Assembly (NCBI GenBank): GCA_934500705.1
Contig: CAKSTI010000001.1
Coordinates: forward strand, 157,139 to 221,138
DNA: 64,000 bases
Source: an uncultured Clostridia bacterium
GTDB taxonomy: Bacteria > Bacillota > Clostridia > UMGS1810
Direction: 5' to 3'
Below are positions 29,045 to 38,329 of the stretch, piece by piece (the stretch's first letter is position 1; every line of letters starts with the position of its first letter). The notes below the pieces were generated by a model that was given only the letters and a program-made list of their open reading frames with translations, ran no database searches and was not told the origin of the DNA. A program made the translations under genes and the position numbers.

Positions 29045-29733
29045 AGCACCTGCCTTTCGTTAGTCTGTGCCGACGTCTTTGCAAGCTCTACGAGCTTTTT
29101 AAGATTTTCGGCATCTTTTTCTGCAACGGAATAATCCTCAGTCTGTGCCAGTGCAAAAGCGGCACGTACAACTGCCGTGTCCTCTGTTGACAGACCGAAA
29201 ATCTCAAAGTCAACGTCTGTATACTTCTTGTTTTCATCACCGAAAACATATATCGAGTCCTGCTTTAACTGAGCGTCAACCACGATGTCGCAGGCAATTC
29301 CTCTTTGTGAGATTATCTCGTGCTTGTCCTTGGGCGGTTCGCCTTTTGCAAGCGTTGCGGATATTTCTATTGTGCAGACGATTTTGTCATCGGTCACTGC
29401 AATGACGTTTAACACGTTGTCGTTTTGCATTGCGGTTATTGTCTTAATCTTTCTTTGCAGAACATACCGGCAAATATCAAGCTCACGGTACAGTTCGGCG
29501 AAAATGTCGCTCCCCTTTTCCACTATCCTTGCCGTACGCATTACGCTTATACCGAAAAGCGTTCCTCCGCACACGAGTTTTTCAAGTTCAATAATTCTCC
29601 GCTCGCATCGATGTGAAAAGAGCGGCAATTCTCTGCCGTTTATTACTGCCGTACTGCGGTCTTTTAAAACGACATTCTTTTCCGATGCGTATTTTTGCAA
29701 CAGAAAATTAAGTTTGGTTTGTAATTCCTGCAT
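29041..29733 (-). CDS. Hypothetical protein, 230 aa, with weak resemblance to a Gfo/Idh/MocA C-terminal alpha/beta domain
   Basis: ORF with 4 nt overlap to the downstream gene. No motif recognised with confidence. Confidence 0.4.
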   Translation of the reverse strand: MQELQTKLNFLLQKYASEKNVVLKDRSTAVINGRELPLFSHRCERRIIELEKLVCGGTLFGISVMRTARIVEKGSDIFAELYRELDICRYVLQRKIKTITAMQNDNVLNVIAVTDDKIVCTIEISATLAKGEPPKDKHEIISQRGIACDIVVDAQLKQDSIYVFGDENKKYTDVDFEIFGLSTEDTAVVRAAFALAQTEDYSVAEKDAENLKKLVELAKTSAQTNERQVL

Positions 29734-29745
29734 TTTATATCCTCC

Positions 29746-30495
29746 TTAAAGCATTTTAATTCTCGGTTTGTATTTTTCAAGATATGCGGCGTTCTTTTCG
29801 TCGCCGCCCGGCGTATTCGCACTTGACCACACCGGCGGAGTTATGCCACGTTCAACGCACTGACGCACTGTTTCAATCTCCATAAGATGCGCTATGTAAA
29901 AGTCAATTATGTTGGAAACCGGGGCAATGGGAGTGTCAAGTCCCGGAACGTTTACCACGGCGTCGCCCACAGGGTTAAAGTCATCTATGCAGACATCGGC
30001 ATAGTCAAAGAGATTTGTCTTATTGGGGTGGCGTATAAAGTGGTCTTGGGGCATCTCGTTTTGCCAGGCTGAGCTTGAAACGGCAATGATCTTAACTCCG
30101 TTTTTCTTTGCCTCCATTGCGGCGTCTATTGTAGCCGGATTTATGCCGATATTGTGGAAAATTATGAGAACGTCGTCCTTCTTTAAATCATAATACTTCA
30201 TAATGGCACTGCCGTAATTTACCGTTCTTTCAAGTTCAAGATATTTAAGTGCCTGATTAAACACCGACAGACCCGTTTCCATTATCGGGTTTATGTTGGA
30301 AAGTCCGCCGGCACGGAAAAACATCTCGCCCATACAAAGCGTGGTGTGTCCGCCACCGCCGTAAACGCTTATAAGCCTGTCGTCCGCAATGGCGTCACAC
30401 ATTAGTTTTGCCGCCTTTTGGATATTTTCGCCCTGAGTATCATTTACCTTTTTAAAGTTTTCCGTCAGATTTTCAAAATAACCGAAATCATTCAT
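29746..30495 (-). CDS. SIS-domain (sugar-phosphate isomerase-like, UPF0309-type) protein, paralogue A
   Basis: VYGGGGHTTLCMGEMFFRAGGL SIS-type phosphosugar-binding fold. Ends ...YLEKYKPRIKML, parallel to its paralogue. Confidence 0.55.
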   Translation of the reverse strand: MNDFGYFENLTENFKKVNDTQGENIQKAAKLMCDAIADDRLISVYGGGGHTTLCMGEMFFRAGGLSNINPIMETGLSVFNQALKYLELERTVNYGSAIMKYYDLKKDDVLIIFHNIGINPATIDAAMEAKKNGVKIIAVSSSAWQNEMPQDHFIRHPNKTNLFDYADVCIDDFNPVGDAVVNVPGLDTPIAPVSNIIDFYIAHLMEIETVRQCVERGITPPVWSSANTPGGDEKNAAYLEKYKPRIKML

Positions 30496-31333
30496 TTATC
30501 ATCACCCTTTCAATTTCATTGCGATACGGTATCGCATTTAATACATATTTTCTTGTAACGCTTATTCCCGACGCCGCAGTTGCGTATCTGCACGCCTCAG
30601 CCATATCCATACCCTCGCCTATGCAGACGGCAAGCACGCCGTTAAATGTGTCGCCTGCGCCCGTCGTGTCAATCGGCTTTACTCTGAGCGGGGGAAGTTT
30701 GGTCTTGCCGTTTATCATACATCCGTCGCCGCCGAGAGTTACAACGCTGTTTTTAAAGCGTTCTATATCTATTGCCTGTGCCTCGTGCTCATTCGGCGTT
30801 ACCGCATAGACTGCCTTTGCCGTTTCGTCGGAAATGCGGCGTATCGGCGCCGGATTCAATATAACCTTGACTTTGTAGCGCTCTGCTGTCCGCACCGCCG
30901 CATCGTTTACGCACTGCGGAACTTCGTGCTGAATGAGAAGAACGTCGCTCGATGCGATTTCGCCCTCAAATGCCGACACATCACTCTCGTCAAGCTCTGC
31001 CGTGCCGAACTCCGTAACACGGTTTTCACCGTGCTTATCCGTAAGTATTACCGCAAACGGTGTGCTTTTGCCCTCTTTTACTCTAAAATCGGCATCAATA
31101 CCGTTGTCGGAGGCGGCACGGCGGCACTTTTCGCCGTTAGCGTCGTCGCCGATTGCCGTTAAAAACGACACCTTTGCACCCATTCTTGCAGAAGCGACCG
31201 CCTGGTTTATTCCCTTGCCGCCGACTTCCTCAAAAACGCCGTCGGCAACGAGCGTTTCGCCGTTTTCGTGAAAGTGGTCAACTCCCATAAAAAGCGAAAC
31301 TCCGCAAATTCCTATCACCGAAATTTTTACCAC
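30488..31333 (-). CDS. PfkB-family carbohydrate kinase (ribokinase-like)
   Basis: GG dipeptide region EEVGGKGINQAVA. C-terminal anion-hole/catalytic motif DTTGAGDTFNGVLA. Confidence 0.8.
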   Translation of the reverse strand: MVKISVIGICGVSLFMGVDHFHENGETLVADGVFEEVGGKGINQAVASARMGAKVSFLTAIGDDANGEKCRRAASDNGIDADFRVKEGKSTPFAVILTDKHGENRVTEFGTAELDESDVSAFEGEIASSDVLLIQHEVPQCVNDAAVRTAERYKVKVILNPAPIRRISDETAKAVYAVTPNEHEAQAIDIERFKNSVVTLGGDGCMINGKTKLPPLRVKPIDTTGAGDTFNGVLAVCIGEGMDMAEACRYATAASGISVTRKYVLNAIPYRNEIERVMINE

Positions 31334-31345
31334 AAAACCACGCCC

Positions 31346-32068
31346 TTACAAATGTTTTATTTTTGGCAAATACTGCTTTATGATTTCTTTGTTAAACTCA
31401 CTGCCACCACGGACATTTCCGCTCATATAAATCGGAACGTCCGCACCGCCGTCAAGGGCGATTTGCGCTCCCTGTGCCAAAACCGCCTGCATTATAAACG
31501 TGCTCGCCGCAGTTGATACACTGCCCATTTTAACGTCCGTTCCCGAAAGTTCAATAGCGGCGTCGCCGTGCGGAACGCAGTTATCAATGAACATATCGCA
31601 CACTTCACAGAGCATCGGCTTATCCGCTTTGTCGCCGAAGTATTCGGACGAGAGAACGCCTACCGTCTTTACGCCGTGCGCCGATGCCGTCTGCGCCATC
31701 TCCACGGGAACGGCGTTTTTGCCGGACGTGGATATTACAAAAAGCATATCGTTTTCCGTAATGCAATATCTCTCAAAAATGCTCTCGGCAATTCCGCTCA
31801 TTTTCTCCATTTTACTGCTTTTTGCCGCACCGTTATGGAGCATTAAATCCGTGTCGAGCACTGCGCTGACGTTTGCAAGTCCGCCGGAGCGGTAAAAGCA
31901 GTCAAGTGCCGCAAGATGCGAATGTCCGCAGCCGAAAACATATATAATTCCGTTATTTTTAATAACCTCTGCAACCGTATCGGCAACTGTGTTTATTTTG
32001 TCCGACTGCGTATTTTTGATTTTTTCAAGGACAGTGACAACGTCATTAAAGTATCTATCGGTAATCAT
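31346..32068 (-). CDS. SIS-domain (UPF0309-type) protein, paralogue B
   Basis: VFGCGHSHLAALDCFYRSGGL. Ends ...IIKQYLPKIKHL, matching paralogue A. Confidence 0.55.
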   Translation of the reverse strand: MITDRYFNDVVTVLEKIKNTQSDKINTVADTVAEVIKNNGIIYVFGCGHSHLAALDCFYRSGGLANVSAVLDTDLMLHNGAAKSSKMEKMSGIAESIFERYCITENDMLFVISTSGKNAVPVEMAQTASAHGVKTVGVLSSEYFGDKADKPMLCEVCDMFIDNCVPHGDAAIELSGTDVKMGSVSTAASTFIMQAVLAQGAQIALDGGADVPIYMSGNVRGGSEFNKEIIKQYLPKIKHL

Positions 32069-33096
32069 TTTTTAAGTACCCGTTTGTAATTTCTGCCGAT
32101 ATTGTCCCAAAGCTCGATTGGGTCTTTTGCCGCAACGCTTGTGCCGTAACCCCCACGGTACGTCCACGTAGCCAGTCGGTCAACGCCGAGGCTCTCGTAC
32201 AGGTCTACCACGTGGTCAATCTGCTTAAAGTCGTCGGGACGCTTGTTGTAGCCCATAAGCCAGCGTTCGGACTCTTTGCCGTACTTTTTAGCCATTGCCA
32301 CGGTTCTCTCGGTTATATCTACAAAGAAGCTCTCCGGCAGTGTCCAGTTAATTATCGTTGTGGAAAATACGTCAAAATACGGGCAAGAGGCAACCATTTC
32401 CCAGTTGTCGTAACCACGCAGTTCGGTTACATAATATGTATTCATTGTTGCGTGAACACAGCAGGTGATTTCGAGTTTGGGATTTATTTCTTTTAAAGTC
32501 TTTGAAACGTCCGATAGAGTAAAGAGCGCCTCACGCCATCTGAACTGCTTAACGTCGTCGTTCATAAACTTGGGCATTTCGTAGCCGTAGTAGTCGGCAA
32601 ACTTTTTCATACATTCGGGGCAGCGGCAAGCCCAGTCGTCACCTGCACCGCCTGTAATGGAGGCATATGACTTGGGGTATGCGTAGTGCGGTTCGTCCCA
32701 GAAAAATCCGTCAACTTCGGTGTTTTGAGCCAGCTTTATGCATATGTTTTTAAAGTAGTCACGGAACGAATTTGTGTTAAAGCAAGCCGCATTCAGCACC
32801 TCGCCGGTATATGCGGAAACCTGCCTGTGATGAATGTTGTTCTGCAAAAACAGGCTAACCTGTTCACCGCCGAAGTATTTGCCTATTCCCCACGGGTCTG
32901 CAATAACACGCAGTCCCAGCTCGTGTGCGGTTTTAACTATGTTATTGATATTGGGAAACCAAAAGTCCATATCAAACTCGGTAATTGCCAGAATTACGGT
33001 GTCGCAGCCGTGCTCCTTCATTTCAAGAAAATCAGCTTTCGCGTGCTCTGTGTAGTTTAGTCCGTAGTAACTTACGGCAGTGTGCTTTATTGCCAT
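32065..33096 (-). CDS. TIM-barrel hydrolase-like protein with a WDEP motif and a CRCPEC Cys cluster (possible glycosidase of unassigned family)
   Basis: FFWDEPHYAYP resembles the clan GH-A acid/base strand. WACRCPECMKKF is an unusual CxCxxC. First gene of the operon, with AGGAAG RBS. Confidence 0.4.
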   Translation of the reverse strand: MAIKHTAVSYYGLNYTEHAKADFLEMKEHGCDTVILAITEFDMDFWFPNINNIVKTAHELGLRVIADPWGIGKYFGGEQVSLFLQNNIHHRQVSAYTGEVLNAACFNTNSFRDYFKNICIKLAQNTEVDGFFWDEPHYAYPKSYASITGGAGDDWACRCPECMKKFADYYGYEMPKFMNDDVKQFRWREALFTLSDVSKTLKEINPKLEITCCVHATMNTYYVTELRGYDNWEMVASCPYFDVFSTTIINWTLPESFFVDITERTVAMAKKYGKESERWLMGYNKRPDDFKQIDHVVDLYESLGVDRLATWTYRGGYGTSVAAKDPIELWDNIGRNYKRVLKK

Positions 33097-33202
33097 TTTT
33101 CATCTTCCTTTCACAAGTCCGTTTTTCTTGATTTTATCATATGTATACGGCATTAACAACTCACATTTCATCACAAAAGGTATAAATTTCGCAACAAAGC
33201 AT

Positions 33203-33231
33203 TTGACAAGATACAGCAAAGATGCTAAAAT
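33203..33231 (+). promoter_or_regulatory. Sigma-A promoter for the AraC regulator (TTGACA - 17 bp - TAAAAT)
   Basis: TTGACAagatacagcaaagatgcTAAAAT, 29 nt upstream of the TTG start at 33260. Confidence 0.45.
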
Positions 33232-33259
33232 AAAAACATATTTTTCGGAGGTGATAATA

Positions 33260-34015
33260 TTGTTCTTTGACGAGTCAAATCTCGATGCGGAGATTTTGTC
33301 GGTTCTTGAACTTAGCTGGAAGGAGAGCCACGCCTACGCCGCACCACGGAGCTTTCACGCTCTGTCGCTGAGAACAAGCGGCGGTGCGCTCTTTACGCAC
33401 GGCGGAAAAAAACGTGTGATAAACTGCGGAGAGATTGCATATGTCCCCGCCGGTTTTGACTACAAGATAGATGCCGGGAGCGAGCATTTGTATGTAATAC
33501 ATTTTAACCTTAAAAATTATGAAAGTTCGCAGATGGACGTTATCCGTCCCGAAAATTTTAAGTACTTTGAGAATAAATTTCAAAACCTCTATAACATATG
33601 GACAAAAAAGCAAAGCGGTTACCAATATGAGTGCAAGTGCGAGTTTTACAAGATTTTATACAGATTATTCCGCCAAAAATTCGAGCAAAAGGCGGACAGC
33701 CGAAGTGACAAAATGAACGAAACGATTGAATATATTCACGAGCATTTTACCGACAAGGATTTAAGCGTTGAGTCGCTTGCAAAGGCGGCAGGTATGTGCG
33801 GTACATATTTTCGCAATTTGTTTGTTTCGTCTTATTCGCAGACGCCGCTCAAATACATTAACTCACTGCGCATTGCCAGAGCTGTGGAACTTTTGCGCTC
33901 CGGCTACTACTCCGTCACCGAGGTTGCGGAAAAGTGCGGATTTGACAACCAAAAATATTTGAGCAAAGTAATAAAGAAAAACACGGGTCACACGCCGTCG
34001 GAATTTAAAAAGTGA
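33260..34015 (+). CDS. AraC-family transcriptional regulator (cupin-like sensor + HTH)
   Basis: TTG start with GGAGGTG RBS; the track start at 33080 overlaps the divergent gene. C-terminal AraC HTH ...LAKAAGMCGTYFRNLFVSSYSQTPLKYINSLRIARAVELL...VAEKCGFDNQKYLSKVIKKNTGHTPSEF. Confidence 0.75.
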   Translation: MFFDESNLDAEILSVLELSWKESHAYAAPRSFHALSLRTSGGALFTHGGKKRVINCGEIAYVPAGFDYKIDAGSEHLYVIHFNLKNYESSQMDVIRPENFKYFENKFQNLYNIWTKKQSGYQYECKCEFYKILYRLFRQKFEQKADSRSDKMNETIEYIHEHFTDKDLSVESLAKAAGMCGTYFRNLFVSSYSQTPLKYINSLRIARAVELLRSGYYSVTEVAEKCGFDNQKYLSKVIKKNTGHTPSEFKK

Positions 34016-34580
34016 CGATTTGGGTTGGCTTTCCAACCGCTGCCAACGTATCCACGTCCCACTGAATTGTATAATGGCCTATTTCTTTTAGGTTGGTAAC
34101 TACGTTGTCGTTGTAATCTCCGTACGGCGGTCTGAAAAGATTTGGTTTCACACCGGTTATCTTTTCGATTTTGTTGTCGCACTCGGTTACCTCGGAAATC
34201 ATTTTTTCCTTAGAAATCTGCGTCATATGCGGGTGAGTGTTTGAGTGGTTCATTACATCGTGCCCGGCATCGTGAAGTTCCTTTACGGACTCCGGATAGC
34301 GTTCAACCCAATCACCGACCACAAAGAAGGTTGCTTTTACTTTGTATTTTTCCAATATGCTTATCAAGTCGTGTGTATCTTCATTGCCCCAGGCAGCGTC
34401 AAAGCTGATGGCGCAGACCTTATCCTCACGTTCCACATTGTAAATCGGCAGTTTCCTCGAAGCCTCGTTTTTAAACACGCTTTTTGTCTGTGTGTAGTTA
34501 AGACCTACCACGGTGATGAGTGCCGCCGCAACCAATAGGTTTCCGAGCAATTTCTTTGCCGTGACAACATACAGTTTCAT
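34005..34580 (-). CDS. Membrane-anchored polysaccharide deacetylase (CE4/NodB domain)
   Basis: Start at MKLYVVTAKK with GGAGGAA RBS. N-terminal TM LLGNLLVAAALITVV. NodB motifs ISFDAAWGNEDT, HSNTHPH, RPPYG. Its 3' end overlaps the convergent AraC gene by 11 bp. Confidence 0.75.
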   Translation of the reverse strand: MKLYVVTAKKLLGNLLVAAALITVVGLNYTQTKSVFKNEASRKLPIYNVEREDKVCAISFDAAWGNEDTHDLISILEKYKVKATFFVVGDWVERYPESVKELHDAGHDVMNHSNTHPHMTQISKEKMISEVTECDNKIEKITGVKPNLFRPPYGDYNDNVVTNLKEIGHYTIQWDVDTLAAVGKPTQIVTF

Positions 34581-34642
34581 AATACTTCCTCCACTTAATT
34601 TCATTAGATACTATTATTTATATTGAAACGGACGGAGGATAT

Positions 34643-34680
34643 GCACCCAAAACGACCGCAGTGCAAAACGCATTGCGGCC
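34643..34680 (-). terminator. Intrinsic terminator ending the long co-directional array
   Basis: CGGCCGCAATGC-GTTTT-GCACTGCGGTCG followed by TTTTGGGTG on the minus strand, 14 nt after the GH2 stop codon. Confidence 0.5.
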
Positions 34681-34695
34681 GTTAAAATGTACGTA

Positions 34696-37035
34696 TTAGT
34701 TTTTCAGTGATATTGTCACAACGCCGTTTTTAAGTCCGTCCGCCTCGGCATATACTTTGAGTTCTCCCGCAGCAGTGCCAACCTGCACCGCAACGGTAAT
34801 TCTGCCGGCTCGCATACGGCGGCTTGTGAGGTGGGGCGGATTGTGGTCTGCAATGTCCGAACCCGTGCCGGCAATCCTACCCAATCCGTTTGTGCTGAAC
34901 GAAACATATGCAGATGCCGTGGGCACTTCCCTTCCCTCGCTGTCGGTACAGTAACAGCTTATAACGGCTATGTCTGTACCGTTTGCATTTTCTACGGTGT
35001 TTTCTTGTTTTAAGTTTAGTTTAACGGCTTTTCCCGTGGTTTCCCGTGTGTCACTGCAAACGACTTTTCCGCCGTTTATACCGTCAACCCTTATTGTGCC
35101 GGGGTAATATTCTACGTCCCATTCACCGTGACCGTACCTCTCAATCTTTTTTCTGCCAAGGCTCTTGCCGTTTAAAAACAGCTCCAACTCCTCGCAGTTG
35201 GTGTACGCCCACACGGATATATGCTCTCCCTCCATACCCTCGAAGTTCCAATGAGGCAAAAGGTGAACAAGCGGTTTGTCATCTATCCAGTGCGTTTGAT
35301 TCTGGTAGAAAGCATCTTTTTTCTGCAAAAACATATCTATTGCACCGGACTGAGAGCAAAGCCTGGGCCAGAGCGTTTCGCCCCTGTGTTCAAATGCTAT
35401 CCACTGATATGAACCTAAAATCCATTCTCTTTCTGCTATAAACTTCCAGGTGTTTTCTCTGCCGAGGAACCAATGATTTGTGTCTTTATCGTATGCGCTC
35501 ATATACGCCTTTTCGGGGCAGTCGGCATTATACCAGCCTCTTGTCGTCCCGGTCGCACAGCACTCAGACGAGAATATTCCCTTGTCGGGATATTTTTCGT
35601 GAATGTATTCATACTTATTGAGGTTATAGTTTACTCCTATAACATCGAGCTCGTCATATACTGTTGCGATGTCCGGGTCATTTGAAACGGCGCTCATAAC
35701 ATAGCGTGTGTTATCCAGCTTTCTTACAAAGGAAATTAAGTTTTTGCAAATTCTCCTGCCCTCCTCCGTGAGGTGGTGCGGTTCCTCATTTCCGACAGAC
35801 CAAAAGAGCACGGACGGTCTGTTTCTGTCACGCTTTACAAGCATTTCGAGCTGTGCCTTTCCTTCGTCGGTTGACTCGAACCACCTTGTTTCGTCCATAA
35901 CTATAAATCCAAGCTCGTCGAGTGCGTCCATAACCGCTTCCGGGTGCGGATAATGACTGGTTCTGTAACCGTTTGCACCCATCTCTTTGATAAGCTGTAC
36001 CTTGTACCTGTGAATGTTGTCGGGAACGGCTTTTCCGGTGATGCCAAAGTCCTGATGCGCACACACGCCCTTGATTTTTACGTGTCTGCCGTTTAGGAAC
36101 AAGCCCTTGTCGGGACTGATTTCAAACGTCCTGAACCCCGTCCTTGTTACATACTTGTCACAAACTTTGCCGTTTGCCTTGATTACGGTTTCCACGGTAT
36201 AAAGGTACGGACTTTCCGTGTCCCACAAATTCGGGTTTTCTATATCGGCGCAGTAAACAGCGGTTTTCTTTTCACGCAGGGGTATGTCAATTACGGCATT
36301 TGACTTTAAAACTGCATTTCCGTCTTTGTCATAAAAAACCGTTTCTGCCTCTGCCTGCACGTCCTCATAACGGTCATTAATTATTTCCGTTTCGATTTTT
36401 ACATTCCAGAGCGCATCACTCACCTTTTTGGGAGCGACGTAGACTCCCCACAGGTCAACCGCAACATCGTCGGTTTTGTTAAGCCATACGTGGCGGTATA
36501 TTCCGCCGCCCTCGTACCACCAGCCTTCGTGTTCGTCCGCCTGAACATAAACGGCAAGGACGTTTTCATCATCGCCGAACTTAACCAAATCGCTTATGTT
36601 GACCTCAAATGAATTGTAACCGCAAAAGTTATGCTTTGCAAGGCAACCGTTAATATACACCGTTGTATGCGTTGCAACGCCGTCAAAAAGCAGGGTTATG
36701 CGTTTGCCTTTGTCGCTGTCGGGGAGTTTAAACTTTTTTCTGTACCACGCATTATCGTACTTTAAATATCCCAAGGCGTTGTTCTCCGTTTCGCACGGAG
36801 TTTGGCGTATAACATAGTCGTGGGGCAGATTTACTCTCTCCCACTTTTCAGTGCATACGATTTTTTTGGTGTCAAAATCGTCAGGCACGGCAACATAGTG
36901 TATTGCGGCAGGTCCCCATATCTTTCTCTCGGTTTTGGATTGGAGATACACCGGGCCTTTATCCTTTGGATATTCAATATTTATGTCACCCTTATGGAAC
37001 AGCCAGTTATCGTCAAACAATATTTTTTCTCTCAT
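34696..37035 (-). CDS. Glycoside hydrolase family 2 enzyme (beta-galactosidase/beta-glucuronidase-like), cytoplasmic
   Basis: 779 aa, no signal peptide. GH2 sugar-binding N-terminal region. Catalytic acid strand WSVGNEEP. Confidence 0.8.
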   Translation of the reverse strand: MREKILFDDNWLFHKGDINIEYPKDKGPVYLQSKTERKIWGPAAIHYVAVPDDFDTKKIVCTEKWERVNLPHDYVIRQTPCETENNALGYLKYDNAWYRKKFKLPDSDKGKRITLLFDGVATHTTVYINGCLAKHNFCGYNSFEVNISDLVKFGDDENVLAVYVQADEHEGWWYEGGGIYRHVWLNKTDDVAVDLWGVYVAPKKVSDALWNVKIETEIINDRYEDVQAEAETVFYDKDGNAVLKSNAVIDIPLREKKTAVYCADIENPNLWDTESPYLYTVETVIKANGKVCDKYVTRTGFRTFEISPDKGLFLNGRHVKIKGVCAHQDFGITGKAVPDNIHRYKVQLIKEMGANGYRTSHYPHPEAVMDALDELGFIVMDETRWFESTDEGKAQLEMLVKRDRNRPSVLFWSVGNEEPHHLTEEGRRICKNLISFVRKLDNTRYVMSAVSNDPDIATVYDELDVIGVNYNLNKYEYIHEKYPDKGIFSSECCATGTTRGWYNADCPEKAYMSAYDKDTNHWFLGRENTWKFIAEREWILGSYQWIAFEHRGETLWPRLCSQSGAIDMFLQKKDAFYQNQTHWIDDKPLVHLLPHWNFEGMEGEHISVWAYTNCEELELFLNGKSLGRKKIERYGHGEWDVEYYPGTIRVDGINGGKVVCSDTRETTGKAVKLNLKQENTVENANGTDIAVISCYCTDSEGREVPTASAYVSFSTNGLGRIAGTGSDIADHNPPHLTSRRMRAGRITVAVQVGTAAGELKVYAEADGLKNGVVTISLKN

Positions 37036-37051
37036 AATAATTCCTCCGATG

Positions 37052-38329
37052 CTAAAATAAAATCTTTTGTCTGCTGTTTACTGCCGACTCGTCATCAACA
37101 GCATAATATTTGACTATCGGGCAGAGCTTATGTCCGTCAACGGTCACGGTCTTTTGCGCATATTTTTCTGCGCCGCCGCTTACCTCTGCGTACAATATAT
37201 CTCCGTCGCAGTAAACGCCGTCTTTTTTTGTAACACTGCCGTATGTTGTTGCATAGAGCATACCGGCATTTTCCTTTATGTAGCGCAAACCCTCTGCAAG
37301 TCGCATAGTACAGCAAAAATACGCCTCATATGACTTTGCGTGCAGTATATCCTCCACGCCGTCGAGCACAACCGTATCCGTGCCGGCACCGCCGTTCGGT
37401 CTTTGCAGGGTGGAAAATCCGTTGTGATATATTCTTGCGGCAACTTCACGGTAATGCTCTATCTGCGTGTTTTTATAAAGTTCCAAGGCAAGCATAAGCG
37501 AGTCTATTACTGCGCACGGCTCTGTCCAGGTATCAGGGCGCCCCCACCAGTTTAAATTCTGATATGTGCGTGTCATACCGCCTTTTTCGTACAAACGGAA
37601 TATCTCCTTTGCACCGCAGAGATAAAAGTTATCCTTTGTGAGTGAATACATTCTGACCATTCCCCGTGCCGCCGTCAAAGTGCAGTGGGTCTGTGCCTTT
37701 AACTTTACTTTGTCTATTGAAAGATATACCTTGCACATCTCGTCAATCAGTTCTTTTATCCTTGTATCATTTGTGATTTTATAAGCGTGCGACAAGCCGT
37801 CTATACTCATAAAAGCACAGCCAATGTCACTGGACAAAATCCAGTTTGAAACCGTACCGATAACACTGCCGCTCACACTGCCGTCCTCGCCTGTATGACG
37901 ATTGACGGGATAAGACGAAAAAATGCCCTTTTTGGTAATATACAGTCTTTCCGCTATTTTTGTGATAATATTTAAACATTCATCACCGCCGAACTGCTCG
38001 TAATATTCGCAAAGCCCCCTCAAAAGCCAGGAGTGGCCGGAAAGCTGCTGCTCGTGAATTTGACCGCCGAACACAGGGCCGAAATATCCTTCGCTGTTGA
38101 GCATTGACGGAAGTTTTGTCATCATTTGCTCCATACACGGTATATTGGTGCCGTTTATCTCATAATGGCTTACAAATGCCAAAAGCGCCCTGCCCTCCTT
38201 ATCGCCGTACCAGTCGTAATCGGACGGCGAAAACACCTCGTCGATTTTGTAGTAATCGCCGTTTGAAAGCCTTTGGGCATTCAGGCTTATGCGCTTTTCA
38301 AGCTCTGAATTATCTATGTTTTTAATCAT
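37052..38329 (-). CDS. Putative (alpha/alpha)6-barrel glycoside hydrolase, possibly a GH127/DUF1680-like catalytic domain without the C-terminal beta-sandwich
   Basis: 425 aa, cytoplasmic. Cys pair AYFCCTMRL, reminiscent of the GH127 Zn/Cys nucleophile. Lies between GH2 and GH78. Family assignment is tentative. Confidence 0.4.
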   Translation of the reverse strand: MIKNIDNSELEKRISLNAQRLSNGDYYKIDEVFSPSDYDWYGDKEGRALLAFVSHYEINGTNIPCMEQMMTKLPSMLNSEGYFGPVFGGQIHEQQLSGHSWLLRGLCEYYEQFGGDECLNIITKIAERLYITKKGIFSSYPVNRHTGEDGSVSGSVIGTVSNWILSSDIGCAFMSIDGLSHAYKITNDTRIKELIDEMCKVYLSIDKVKLKAQTHCTLTAARGMVRMYSLTKDNFYLCGAKEIFRLYEKGGMTRTYQNLNWWGRPDTWTEPCAVIDSLMLALELYKNTQIEHYREVAARIYHNGFSTLQRPNGGAGTDTVVLDGVEDILHAKSYEAYFCCTMRLAEGLRYIKENAGMLYATTYGSVTKKDGVYCDGDILYAEVSGGAEKYAQKTVTVDGHKLCPIVKYYAVDDESAVNSRQKILF

